From contig JAQTXJ010000003.1 of the NCBI GenBank assembly GCA_028688815.1, positions 1-62,015 of the forward strand: a DNA stretch of 62,015 bases, written 5' to 3'. Below the pieces are notes generated by a model that was not told where the DNA came from, searched no databases, and worked only from the letters and a program-made list of their open reading frames with translations. The stretch comes from a bacterium (GTDB lineage: Bacteria > Hydrothermota > UBA3073 > JACQXS01 > JAQTXJ01). This document shows positions 41,483 through 51,567 of this stretch, piece by piece (the stretch's first letter is position 1; every line of letters starts with the position of its first letter). The position numbers and the translations under genes were made by a program.

Positions 41483-42178
41483 ATGAATACTTATAGTGTG
41501 ATAATGGCGGCAGCAGGCGAAGGGAAACGAATTAATTCTCCTATCCCAAAACCATATATCCTAATAAAGAGATATCCAATAATTATCCGGACATTAAAAC
41601 ATTTTGATAGAACAAAAGAAATAGAAAGAATAATCATTGTTACTCATAAAGATTGGGTAAATTATTGTATTAACCTTCTGAAAAAATATCTGCTAAAAGG
41701 CAAATCCGGCGATAAAAAATATTATGTTATTAAGGGAGGAAAAGAGCGACAGGACTCTGTGAATGAAGGGTTAAAACTTGTAAATACAGAGTTTGTTTTT
41801 GTTCACGATGCAGTAAGACCGTTTATTGACTCGCCCCTTATATTAAATTTAATTAAGTCAAGTAAAAAGTACGATGCCGTAATTCCAGTAGTTCCTTCAA
41901 TAAATACATTAAAAGAAATAAAGTTCGGTTTTGTTTACAAGCATTTATCAAGAGATAGCATTTATGAAGTTCAAACGCCTCAGTTATTCAGAACAGGTGT
42001 TTTAAAATCTGCCTACAAAAAGGCTTATCTTGATAAATTTTATGCTACGGATGATTCTGCCCTTGTAGAAAGGCTTGGCATTAAAGTTAAAACTATCGAA
42101 GGAATAAAAAACAATATAAAAATTACTAACCCGCAAGACCTTTTGTACGCTAAAACAATGATTAACAATAATTTATAA
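41483..42178 (+). CDS. ispD: 2-C-methyl-D-erythritol 4-phosphate cytidylyltransferase
   Basis: VIMAAAGEGKRI and VHDAVRPF. ATG 41483 is preferred over the TTG at 41459, which lies inside the palindrome. Confidence 0.85.
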   Translation: MNTYSVIMAAAGEGKRINSPIPKPYILIKRYPIIIRTLKHFDRTKEIERIIIVTHKDWVNYCINLLKKYLLKGKSGDKKYYVIKGGKERQDSVNEGLKLVNTEFVFVHDAVRPFIDSPLILNLIKSSKKYDAVIPVVPSINTLKEIKFGFVYKHLSRDSIYEVQTPQLFRTGVLKSAYKKAYLDKFYATDDSALVERLGIKVKTIEGIKNNIKITNPQDLLYAKTMINNNL

Positions 42179-42180
42179 TT

Positions 42181-42639
42181 ATGAAAATAGGCATAGGATA
42201 CGATTTTCATAGACTCATAGAAGGTAGAAAATTTATTCTCGGAGGAATAACAATTCCATACAACAAAGGATTGTTAGGGCATTCCGATGCTGACGTATTA
42301 CTTCATTCTATTGGAGATGCAATACTTGGCGCATCCGGTAAAAGAGATATTGGTTTCCATTTCCCTGATACTGACCCGAAATATAAAGATGTATCTAGTT
42401 GTATTTTACTGAAAGAGATAATGAAAATTACGGGTGCAAAAATTACAAACATTGACTCGGTAGTAATCTGCGAATCCCCGAAACTTTCTCCATATATCCC
42501 CGACATACAAAATAAAATTGCCGAATTACTAAATATTCCTGTAAACTGTGTTTCTGTAAAAGCAAAAACTAATGAAGGTGTTGGCTTGATTGGAAAAGGC
42601 GAGGGAGTTGCTTCTTACACAGTTGTCCTCATATCTTAA
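42181..42639 (+). CDS. ispF: 2-C-methyl-D-erythritol 2,4-cyclodiphosphate synthase
   Basis: IGIGYDFHRL and GHSDADVLLHSIGDAILGA. Confidence 0.92.
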   Translation: MKIGIGYDFHRLIEGRKFILGGITIPYNKGLLGHSDADVLLHSIGDAILGASGKRDIGFHFPDTDPKYKDVSSCILLKEIMKITGAKITNIDSVVICESPKLSPYIPDIQNKIAELLNIPVNCVSVKAKTNEGVGLIGKGEGVASYTVVLIS

Positions 42640-43283
42640 AGTTGCGAATATTCTATAAGTATTTCAGGAGTGTCAGAAGTTGTTGATATAAAAGTTGTTT
42701 TCAAGGGTATGAATATTTTAGGAGATATTTGTTTATAAGAGTTTTTGATTAATATTTTTGATGCTTGCGCGTCTGTATCTATAGTTATAGGCATTCCCCT
42801 GTCATTGTAAATAAATTTAGCCGTTATTTTATCTGCTAAAGTGGTTATTTTAGCCTCTTCTATTTTCCACGTAGATTTTTTTACCTTTAATGTTGCATTT
42901 GTAAATAAGCTGCTGTCCTTTGATATAACAGTTAAGTAACAATATCCGGGCTGTTGCCCTTCTTCCAATGAGATGTTATTTGTTTCGATAGTTTTCCAGA
43001 AGTTATATACTCCAAATCCCGTGAGCATTAATGCCCCTTTTGCTATTTCTCCGACAAAGCTTTCACTTTTAACATCTACCCCATTACTTTTTGAAAACTT
43101 TATTTCTATTTTAGCTTCCGGGTCAAGAGAACAGGACGCTCTCATAGAACAACTCTCTGGCTGTTTTGTTTTTATTTGATACAAAACGGAATCTACGATG
43201 TTATTTGCTTCAAGGGAAGCAAACAGTAAAAAGATTATTATCATAAAAACTGGATAAGTTAGATTACTGCGCCTTTGTCGCAA
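42636..43283 (-). CDS. hypothetical secreted/anchored beta-rich protein
   Basis: N-terminal hydrophobic segment and no recognisable motif. Listed start is TTG; an internal ATG (MIIIFLLF) is possible. Confidence 0.45.
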   Translation of the reverse strand: MRQRRSNLTYPVFMIIIFLLFASLEANNIVDSVLYQIKTKQPESCSMRASCSLDPEAKIEIKFSKSNGVDVKSESFVGEIAKGALMLTGFGVYNFWKTIETNNISLEEGQQPGYCYLTVISKDSSLFTNATLKVKKSTWKIEEAKITTLADKITAKFIYNDRGMPITIDTDAQASKILIKNSYKQISPKIFIPLKTTFISTTSDTPEILIEYSQL

Positions 43284-43294
43284 AGCCTAACTAA

Positions 43295-44410
43295 TCATTT
43301 TGCAATTGCATTTGCTATAATTAATTTTTGAATTTCGTTAGTTCCTTCATAAATCTGTGTAATTTTTGCATCTCTCATTATTTTTTCTACTGCATATTTT
43401 CTTCTGCATCCGAAAATGCCAAATAATTCTATTACTTTGGAAGTTACTTCCATTGCCACTTCCGAAGGAAATAACTTTGACATAGAGGAATACATCGAAA
43501 CATCTTTTGCTCCTGAATCTAAATATCTTGCAGTTGAATATACAAGCGCTCTTGCTGCTTCTACTTTCGTATATAACTCTGCTATTTGTTCAAACAACGA
43601 TAATGGGGCTTTAATTTGTTTTGCATAAGCGATTAACTCATCTAATGCCCCTTGCGCTATTCCAACGGCTAATGCCCCTACCCCGGGTCTTGTATGATCA
43701 AAAGTCCTCATAGCAACTATAAATCCGACACCTTCTTTTCCTATGAGATTTTCCGCCGGGACTTTACAATTTTCAAATATTACTTCTCTTGTGCAACTTG
43801 CTCTAATGCCAAGCTTATCTTCTATTTTACCGAAACTTATTCCGGGAGTTCCTTTTTCCACAATAAAAGCAGATAATCCTCTTGCCCCTCTTGAAGGGTT
43901 AGTAGCGGCAAACACAACGTAAACTTCAGCTTCTCCGCCATTAGTTATCCATTGTTTTGCTCCATTTATAATATAAGAATCGTTTTCTTTTATTGCTCGT
44001 GTTTGTATGCCTCCCGCATCTGAACCGGCAGAGGGTTCCGTAAGACAAAAACTAGCTAAGCTTCCCTTTGCTATTTTTGACAGGTATTTCATTTTTTGAT
44101 TTTCACTCCCAAAAAGTATTATAGGAGTAGCCGCAAGTGCGCTTGCCGCATAAGTTGTTGCTACTGCCGCGCAAGCTTTCCCAATTTCCTCAACTATAAT
44201 GCACAGTTCTGTGTCTCCTCCACCATCCCCGCCATAAGCTTTTGGAATAAACAATCTAAACATTCCCGTATTAGTAAGTTCTTTGACGATTTCATAGGGA
44301 AATTCTTTTTTTTCATCAAGAAGTTCTCGTTGAGGAATTATTTTCTCTTTCGCAATTTTTTGAGCAGTAGCTTTTACATGCTCTTCTCTCTCAGAAATGC
44401 AATAATTCAT
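43295..44410 (-). CDS. acyl-CoA dehydrogenase (short/medium-chain type)
   Basis: Canonical C-terminal ITQIYEGTNEIQKLIIA. CLTEPSAGSDAGG. Confidence 0.9.
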   Translation of the reverse strand: MNYCISEREEHVKATAQKIAKEKIIPQRELLDEKKEFPYEIVKELTNTGMFRLFIPKAYGGDGGGDTELCIIVEEIGKACAAVATTYAASALAATPIILFGSENQKMKYLSKIAKGSLASFCLTEPSAGSDAGGIQTRAIKENDSYIINGAKQWITNGGEAEVYVVFAATNPSRGARGLSAFIVEKGTPGISFGKIEDKLGIRASCTREVIFENCKVPAENLIGKEGVGFIVAMRTFDHTRPGVGALAVGIAQGALDELIAYAKQIKAPLSLFEQIAELYTKVEAARALVYSTARYLDSGAKDVSMYSSMSKLFPSEVAMEVTSKVIELFGIFGCRRKYAVEKIMRDAKITQIYEGTNEIQKLIIANAIAK

Positions 44411-44413
44411 AGG

Positions 44414-45259
44414 TTATTTAAAGTAACTGAAATTTTCAGGTTTTGTTTTTGATAAATGTTCCGGTAATTGAAAAGCTGCATGATGAACAACAGTATTATA
44501 GTACCATAGTTTTCCTTTTGCTTCCCGTCTTGGTATAAGAGGATCAAGCGTATCCGAAGCAAATGTGAATGTCCATGCTCCACCATAGCTTGATATATAG
44601 GTAAGATATGTTCTTACAATATTAAATAATTTTTTTAAAGTGGCGGAGTATGTTTTTCTAAAATCATTTCCCCAGAAAATGGATTCTGATTGTGCTACCC
44701 ATATATCGGGAGAAATATTCTTTATCGTATTGTTTAAAAATTCTTTTTCGCAAAGCACAACTCCGGGACCTCTTGTACCTGCAGAATCTACCAGTATTAT
44801 ATCATATTTTTCTTTTGCTTTTTTTACATATACGGCCGCATCCATAATAACAACTTCTACTCTTGGGTCATTGAGGCCCTTGCTTAATTCCGGGAGAAAT
44901 TTTTTTGATGTCTCAATTACTTTTTTATCTATTTCTACAAGAGTAATTTTATTTACAGGATATTTCAGAACTTCTCTTACGGTCCCCCCATCTCCCCCGC
45001 CTATAACCAAAACTTTTTTAGGGTCGGGATGAACTGTCATTGCGGGATGAACAAGCATTTCATGATAAGCTTTTTCATCTTTATCAGTTGTCATAATAAA
45101 TCCGTCCAGCAGTAACATTTTTCCAAATGCCGGAGTGTCAACTATTTCAATTGTTTGATATTTGCTTTTTTCTTTGTGTATTGTGGAATTAACTTTAAAG
45201 CTTATGCAGAAATCCTGGGAAAAACAATCAGACCCTTTATACCAAACATTCTTATTCAT
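44414..45259 (-). CDS. speE: spermidine synthase
   Basis: VLVIGGGDGGTVREVLK, and QTIEIVDTPAFGKMLLLDG. Confidence 0.88.
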   Translation of the reverse strand: MNKNVWYKGSDCFSQDFCISFKVNSTIHKEKSKYQTIEIVDTPAFGKMLLLDGFIMTTDKDEKAYHEMLVHPAMTVHPDPKKVLVIGGGDGGTVREVLKYPVNKITLVEIDKKVIETSKKFLPELSKGLNDPRVEVVIMDAAVYVKKAKEKYDIILVDSAGTRGPGVVLCEKEFLNNTIKNISPDIWVAQSESIFWGNDFRKTYSATLKKLFNIVRTYLTYISSYGGAWTFTFASDTLDPLIPRREAKGKLWYYNTVVHHAAFQLPEHLSKTKPENFSYFK

Positions 45260-45298
45260 AAATAAAAATGGAATTACCTTTTAAGTTGTCGGTTTAAC

Positions 45299-45667
45299 TC
45301 AGGCAGATAAATTGCCCCGGTCAAGTTTTAATACGCTCACAGATTTTGGGCCAAAAGCCTCTTTCAGGAACTTAACGGCATCTTCTGCCAATAAGTCATC
45401 ACTGCAAGAGAACAAATCGATAGCTGCGTAGTTATGCTCAGGCCAGGTGTGAATAGCAAAATGAGATTCGGATATAACAATAACTCCGGAAACGCCGTGG
45501 GGATTAAACTGGTGGAAAAATGAATCTACAATGTGAGCGTGGGCGACCTTCGCAGCGCCAAGTAAGATTTCTCTTACCTTCGCCGAGTCTTTTAGGTTTG
45601 CCGAACAACTATGGAACTCCAGCAAAATATGACTGCCTAAGGCAGCACAACTTTTTTCTTCCCCCAT
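45299..45667 (-). CDS. speH: S-adenosylmethionine decarboxylase proenzyme (small, pyruvoyl type)
   Basis: VISESHFAIHTWPE (self-cleavage ES site). Size is 122 aa. Confidence 0.88.
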   Translation of the reverse strand: MGEEKSCAALGSHILLEFHSCSANLKDSAKVREILLGAAKVAHAHIVDSFFHQFNPHGVSGVIVISESHFAIHTWPEHNYAAIDLFSCSDDLLAEDAVKFLKEAFGPKSVSVLKLDRGNLSA

Positions 45668-46030
45668 TTCTCATAAAATAAATTCTCTTTGGCCAGAAGC
45701 TCCTTAACCTCCAGCATAAAAATAATTAATCGCAGAATACTGAATGAATTATTATTGTCAAGAAAAAATTTCAATTTAAAAAAGTTTTTTATTTTAGAAT
45801 TGGTTATATCTTAACTTCCCTTTTATTATTGATAAAATGAAGCAAGGCAATTATTTTTAGGATAGTCTTATTTTGGATAAAAAATTAAATTATACATAAA
45901 ATGCTTATAAATAAAGCAATTTTAAGATTTTACAAAAAATAAAACTTGCTCGATGAAAATTAAAGATTAAAATTGTTTTCTGTCTCTAATTTTTATTGAC
46001 AAAAAAAAGAAACTTTTAGAGGATTAAACA

Positions 46031-46948
46031 ATGAAAAAGATTATTTTATGTTTTATATTTTTGGGTAATTTGGTTTTTGCAGATAAAGGTATGTTTTCCG
46101 TTATGCCAAATATTTCCATATACGAACCCGGGCAAAAAGCAATTATTGCATGGAATGGTAAAAAGGAATGTTTAATATTGGCTGTAGATGCTTATGCAGA
46201 TACCAATACAAAAGTTATAGAAATATTGCCATTGCCCTCAGAACCTGAAGTCAAAGAAGGAAAAATCGAGTCTTTTAAGGAAGTTCAGAGACTAATAATG
46301 AAATACAGACCTACTCCCAAAACAAAGGGAATTAAATCGGAAGGTTCGCCTGCTGTACCGAGAGAAGAAGGAGTGGAAATATTGTTTCATAAACAAATCG
46401 GCGCGCATAACATAACCTGTGTAAAAGCATTGAACATAAAAGAATTTCAAAAATGGGCACAGGAATTCATTAAATCGGAAAATATGGACAGCATATCTGC
46501 GCCTCCAAGATTGGGTAGCATTATTTCTCATTATATGGAAGACAGTATTGTGTATTTTGTATTTGACGTAATAGAATTAAACAAAGAAATCTCAAGCATA
46601 AACCCAATTATATATGAGTTCAAGTCTCCATATTTATTTTTCCCTTTAATTATTTCCAGTCTTACCAAAGGAGAATCAGAAATACAATTATTTTTACTCA
46701 CCAAAGATGCCCCCTGGCCATTGGCAGTGTCTCCATTTAAGATTGGAGAATACAGAACTTATCGTAGGAATACGGTTGCAAATATACAGTTCAATATTAC
46801 ATACGAAGAATTGGGTTTAATAGACCCGATATTAAGAAAATATTTTAAAAATAAAGTCTGGTTGACGGCTTTAGAACATAAAGAAACTATGTCTAATTTG
46901 AATAAGGATTTGAAATTAAAAACATTTTGTAAAATAATAGAGTATTAA
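46031..46948 (+). CDS. hypothetical secreted protein (DUF2330-like pattern, tentative)
   Basis: Signal peptide. ISIYEPGQKAIIAWNGKKECLILAVDAYADTNTKVIEILPLPSEPEV loosely recalls the DUF2330 N-terminal pattern. Confidence 0.45.
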   Translation: MKKIILCFIFLGNLVFADKGMFSVMPNISIYEPGQKAIIAWNGKKECLILAVDAYADTNTKVIEILPLPSEPEVKEGKIESFKEVQRLIMKYRPTPKTKGIKSEGSPAVPREEGVEILFHKQIGAHNITCVKALNIKEFQKWAQEFIKSENMDSISAPPRLGSIISHYMEDSIVYFVFDVIELNKEISSINPIIYEFKSPYLFFPLIISSLTKGESEIQLFLLTKDAPWPLAVSPFKIGEYRTYRRNTVANIQFNITYEELGLIDPILRKYFKNKVWLTALEHKETMSNLNKDLKLKTFCKIIEY

Positions 46949-47013
46949 TTGGGGTTATTTTAAAAACTTTTCTTGACAAGCAGATAGAAATTGGGTATTT
47001 TTAGTGTTAATAT

Positions 47014-47880
47014 ATGAAATATTGGACTATCTGTATAGGTGAGAAGATTATAAGGATTAATCTTGTTCACATAGTTGTTGCAATGAGTATTTTTGTCTGC
47101 ACGTTTTTTAGTTCCACGTTTACTGTGTTCCAATTTGTTAATTCCAGTATTCATAAAGCCAACTTTTTTAAACAAAAAAAGAAAAACGAGCAACTTACGA
47201 CTTCAATACAAAAAATGCTGAACAATATAAATGTTTTGAACGGAGAATTAGATTCTCTTGTGAAAATAGACAATAAGAATAGGTTAGTATGGGGATTAGA
47301 TACTATAGATGAGGATTTAGAAAAATTAGGAGTTGGAGGCGCAAGAATTCAATGGTCCCCTATTGGTATAGTAGATAGACTAACGGAATCTCTGCAATCA
47401 TTAAAGAACAGAACTAATTTTGTAGCACAGAGCTTTGATGAACTTGCACGTTCAATCAACAAGACAGAGAAGATACTTAATGCTACTCCGTCAGTCTGGC
47501 CCACACAAGGAGCGATTACTTCAAATTTTGGAGGTCGGAGAATGGGCGGGGCCTCGGAATTCCACTCGGGTATGGATATTGCGGATAACATAGGTACCCC
47601 TGTCGTAGCAACTGCAGCGGGCGTAATTACAAAAGTTGAATATGCGGGAAGGCTTGGCTTGTGTGTAGAAATTGACCATGGTTTTGGATATAGAACCATA
47701 TATGGGCATCTTTCGAGAACTAAAGTTAATCTTTCTCAAAAAGTAAATAGAAACGAAGTTATAGGTTATATGGGAAATACGGGGCGTTCAACAGGGCCTC
47801 ACCTTCACTATGAGGTAAAGATAAGTGGCGAATCTACCCCTCCTGCGAATTATATAATTCCAGGGGCTACTACATATTAA
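47014..47880 (+). CDS. M23-family metallopeptidase
   Basis: HSGMDIADNIGTPVVATAAGVI and GNTGRSTGPHLHYEV. N-terminal TM segment plus a coiled region. Confidence 0.85.
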   Translation: MKYWTICIGEKIIRINLVHIVVAMSIFVCTFFSSTFTVFQFVNSSIHKANFFKQKKKNEQLTTSIQKMLNNINVLNGELDSLVKIDNKNRLVWGLDTIDEDLEKLGVGGARIQWSPIGIVDRLTESLQSLKNRTNFVAQSFDELARSINKTEKILNATPSVWPTQGAITSNFGGRRMGGASEFHSGMDIADNIGTPVVATAAGVITKVEYAGRLGLCVEIDHGFGYRTIYGHLSRTKVNLSQKVNRNEVIGYMGNTGRSTGPHLHYEVKISGESTPPANYIIPGATTY

Positions 47881-47926
47881 TTCTTCTTCTTTGTATTTTT
47901 ATAATAGTAAATAAAAACTAAATATT

Positions 47927-49126
47927 ATGGTTAAAGTTATTGTCGGAACGCAGTTTGGAGATGAAGGAAAAGGAAGGATTATAGAGCTTTTCTCAAAATC
48001 CGCAGATGTAGTTGCAAGATACCAGGGTGGAGCAAATGCAGGACACACCTTGATTATTGATGGAAACACCGTCGTATTTCATCTTGTCCCTTGTGGGATT
48101 ATATATCCAAAAACAATGTGCGTAATTGGTAATGGGGTGGTTATTGATCCCGAAGCACTTATAAATGAATTAACAACTCTTGAAAAATATGGATTCAAAG
48201 CAGGCAATAGGTTTTTTATTAGTGATTCTGCGCATATTGTTATGCCGTATCATAAATCAAAAGATGACATTACTGGGAAAATCGGAACTACTCGTAAGGG
48301 AATAGGTCCTTGTTATGAAGATAAATGTGGAAGAAGAGGGATACGAATGATAGAACTTTTATATCCCGAATTTTTTAGAGAAAAACTTAAAACACTTGTT
48401 GCTGAATCTGACTTTCAACCTATATATGAACAATATTGTACATACGGAGAAATACTTGCTCCTTATATTGCGGATACAACTGCGCTTATGAATAAATGGA
48501 TACAAGAGAAGAAAGCAATACTGCTTGAAGGAGCGCAAGGATTATTGCTTGATATAGACCACGGAACATATCCTTATGTTACTTCTTCAAATCCACATTC
48601 AGGTGGCGCATGCACAGGATTAGGTATCAGCCCAACTTGTATTGATGAAGTGATAGGTGTTGTAAAAGCATATACTTCGCGAGTAGGGGAAGGCCCGATG
48701 CCTACGACTATGGATTCCGTTATAGAAGAAGCTATTCGCTCTCGCGGCAAAGAATACGGAGCTACAACAGGAAGACCAAGAAGATGTGGATGGTTGGATA
48801 TAGTTCTTTTAAAAAGAGTATTAATGATAAATGGAATAAAAAAAATTGTACTGACCAAACTGGATACTTTGGATGAGATGTCAAAAATTAAAATATGCAC
48901 TAAATATCTCCCGGAAGCGAATTTTGCCCTGCCGGAATTAATGTATAAAACCAAACCTGTGTATGAAGAAATGGAAGGCTGGCAAACTCCTATATCCGAT
49001 ATAAGGGAATATAAAAAATTACCGGTAGCCACAAAAAAATATGTTGAAAGAATTAGCGAATTGTTAAATGTAGAAATAGTAGCAATATGCATTGGCCCCC
49101 AAAAAGATGCTACAATCTTTTTATAA
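47927..49126 (+). CDS. purA: adenylosuccinate synthase
   Basis: GTQFGDEGKGRI, GGANAGHT, TTRKGIGPCYEDK, GATTGRPRRCGWLD. Confidence 0.93.
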   Translation: MVKVIVGTQFGDEGKGRIIELFSKSADVVARYQGGANAGHTLIIDGNTVVFHLVPCGIIYPKTMCVIGNGVVIDPEALINELTTLEKYGFKAGNRFFISDSAHIVMPYHKSKDDITGKIGTTRKGIGPCYEDKCGRRGIRMIELLYPEFFREKLKTLVAESDFQPIYEQYCTYGEILAPYIADTTALMNKWIQEKKAILLEGAQGLLLDIDHGTYPYVTSSNPHSGGACTGLGISPTCIDEVIGVVKAYTSRVGEGPMPTTMDSVIEEAIRSRGKEYGATTGRPRRCGWLDIVLLKRVLMINGIKKIVLTKLDTLDEMSKIKICTKYLPEANFALPELMYKTKPVYEEMEGWQTPISDIREYKKLPVATKKYVERISELLNVEIVAICIGPQKDATIFL

Positions 49127-49168
49127 AAAATTACCACCTCTTATTGATAGCATTATCCATTAAATAAT

Positions 49169-50293
49169 ATGGGAACAAAACTTCTCATTGTAACGGGCGA
49201 AACTTCAGGTGATTTGCATGCAGGAAAAGTAGTTAAAGAATTAAAACTACTTATTCCCGACATAAAAATAAGTGGTATTGGTGGTGAAAAATTAAAAGGC
49301 GAAGGAGTTAATCTTTTATATGATATAAAAGAACTTGCTGTTATGGGCTTTCTGGAAATTATACCCAAGTTCTTTAAAATAAAGAATGCATTAAATCTTA
49401 TTTATAAACATCTGTTGGAAGAAAAACCCGACTTGTGCGTGCTTGTAGATTACCCCGGATTCAACTTGAAAGTCGCAAGATTTGCAAAAAAGCAGGGAAT
49501 TAAAGTAGTATATTATATTTTACCACAGGTATGGGCATGGGGGAAAGGGAGAATAAAAATAATAGAAAAATATGTGGATAAAGGGATAGTTATTCTGCCT
49601 TTCGAGCAACAGATTTACAAAAATCTGGATACAAAATTCTTCGGACATCCTCTTGTTGATACATTGCAAAATTACATACCCAAAAATACAGGAGAGACTT
49701 CTTGGTCTCAACATAAGATAGCTTTATTGCCGGGCTCACGAAAAGATGAAATCCGCCATATTCTTCCTATAATGTTGAACTGTGTCAAGCTGTTGCCGGA
49801 ATATGAGTTTGTTATGCCGGTTGCTTCTGGCATTGATAAAATCTGGCTCCAATCTATGATTAAAAATTATCTGCCTGCCGACAAACATAATAAGATAATT
49901 TTTTCGTATAATACTTACGAAACCTTGAAAAATGTATCTTTTGCTCTTGTGAAATCGGGTACTTCTACTCTTGAAACCTGTATTATGAAAGTGCCGATGG
50001 TTATAATATACAAAACTTCCGCGTTTTCTTATTTTATAAGCAGATTACTTGTGAAAACTAAATGGATTGGACTCCCAAATCTAATTGCAGGAAGACAGAT
50101 CGTTCCCGAGTTTATACAATATAACGCAAACCCCGAAAAAATAGTCAATAGTATGAAGGATGTCTTACAAAATAGAAACGAATTAATCCGGGAGTTTGAA
50201 GAAATAATTTCCCTTCTTGCTGTTCTGCCTAATAAGCAGGTAAGTTCCGGCGTAGCAACAAAAGTAGCTAATTTTATAGCTCAGGAATTATAA
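49169..50293 (+). CDS. lpxB: lipid-A-disaccharide synthase
   Basis: LLIVTGETSGDLHAGKVVKEL, DYPGFNLKVA, LLPGSRKDEI. Confidence 0.88.
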   Translation: MGTKLLIVTGETSGDLHAGKVVKELKLLIPDIKISGIGGEKLKGEGVNLLYDIKELAVMGFLEIIPKFFKIKNALNLIYKHLLEEKPDLCVLVDYPGFNLKVARFAKKQGIKVVYYILPQVWAWGKGRIKIIEKYVDKGIVILPFEQQIYKNLDTKFFGHPLVDTLQNYIPKNTGETSWSQHKIALLPGSRKDEIRHILPIMLNCVKLLPEYEFVMPVASGIDKIWLQSMIKNYLPADKHNKIIFSYNTYETLKNVSFALVKSGTSTLETCIMKVPMVIIYKTSAFSYFISRLLVKTKWIGLPNLIAGRQIVPEFIQYNANPEKIVNSMKDVLQNRNELIREFEEIISLLAVLPNKQVSSGVATKVANFIAQEL

Positions 50294-50362
50294 TTTTTAA
50301 TTTGCGGGAAAGGTCTCTTGATCTTGACATATAGAACAGGCGTTCCGAATAATAATGAAACC

Positions 50363-51259
50363 CTATCCCAAAGCCGCCATAAGAGATCCCGACACTGCAA
50401 GTATAATTGCTATAATGCGTTGCAGCGTAACGGGTTCTTTCAGGAGTAAAGCGGCAAATAAAAATATGAAAATATTACTTGTTTGATTTAACGCGGATGC
50501 AATAGAAACTTGGGTAAATTTCATCCCTGCTAACCAGGTAACCATTGCAATGTATGCCCCGAGAAAGGAACTAATAATCGTAAACTTCCAGCCCTTAGAA
50601 ATAAACAAAGAAGAAACAATTTTGGAGCGGGAAGGAATAAGTAATAAAATTATCCCGAGTCCTAATAAACCGCCGACTAATCTAATTTCTGTTGACCATA
50701 ATAAGGGAGACCTTACCAGTAAAGGTTTTATCATAACAACGCCTCCGGCCATTGCAATATCCGCAAGAATTCCCAAAAAAATTCCAAGTAAAAGTCTCTT
50801 GCGAGTTATTTGAAGTTTCTCTTTCCAGTTAATTGTTAATAACATAGCCACGATAATCAGAATTATCCCAATAACCTGTAAAATAGAAAGAGTTTCTTTA
50901 AGCCAGATAATAGACATAGCTATAATAACGGGGCAATATACACAGGAGACGATAGAAGATAAACCTGCTCCTATAATGCTCAGACTTGTAAAAAAGAGCG
51001 TATCGCCAATGCCTATGCCAATAAATCCGCTAAAGATAAGCAATAGATATTCGTTAAAAGGAACAGGACGGAAAAGAGTCTCTTTGAATATCAGCATAGT
51101 AGGTATGAATAAAATCAAAGCCAGTGTATTTTTAAATAGATTAAGCGCAATAGGGTGAACCGTCTCGCTACTTTTTTTGAAAAGTATGACTGCAAAAGCC
51201 CAAACAATAGCTGTTATAAATGCCAGCGTCTCACCCAGGTAAGGTATAGAAAGATTCAT
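50363..51259 (-). CDS. EamA/DMT-family transporter
   Basis: About ten TM segments arranged in two similar halves. Size is 298 aa. Confidence 0.75.
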   Translation of the reverse strand: MNLSIPYLGETLAFITAIVWAFAVILFKKSSETVHPIALNLFKNTLALILFIPTMLIFKETLFRPVPFNEYLLLIFSGFIGIGIGDTLFFTSLSIIGAGLSSIVSCVYCPVIIAMSIIWLKETLSILQVIGIILIIVAMLLTINWKEKLQITRKRLLLGIFLGILADIAMAGGVVMIKPLLVRSPLLWSTEIRLVGGLLGLGIILLLIPSRSKIVSSLFISKGWKFTIISSFLGAYIAMVTWLAGMKFTQVSIASALNQTSNIFIFLFAALLLKEPVTLQRIIAIILAVSGSLMAALG

Positions 51260-51567
51260 ATAATCTTTTATACTACTTTTTATTTATCTGTCTATTTATT
51301 TGTGGAGTTTTTGGGGGGAGCCAGCTTCAATCTTTACGCTTTTTTCTGTGTCCCCTGTTCTTTCCCTCTGTGTTCTTTACATTAGTTTATCTTTTTTATG
51401 TTTTTCGTGGATAATCTTTCCGGTTCTTCTGTTATTATCTAAATTTTCTCTTCTCTGTATGCGGAGTTTATTCGTAAAATAAAAAAATGTTGACTAAAGA
51501 GAACGATTGATTAATTTATATATAAATCTGCCGTCTCTAGATAAATTGGAGACTAAATGTCCTGCCA

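Noticed and set aside
45668-46030. 363-nt very AT-rich divergent spacer as a candidate oriC
   Set aside because: I found only one near-DnaA-box (TTTGGATAA at 45872-45880). There is no box cluster and no dnaA nearby, and a plausible speH promoter (TTGACA-16-TATTCT on the minus strand) explains part of it. A perfect TGTGGATAA at about 49573 lies inside lpxB and is isolated.
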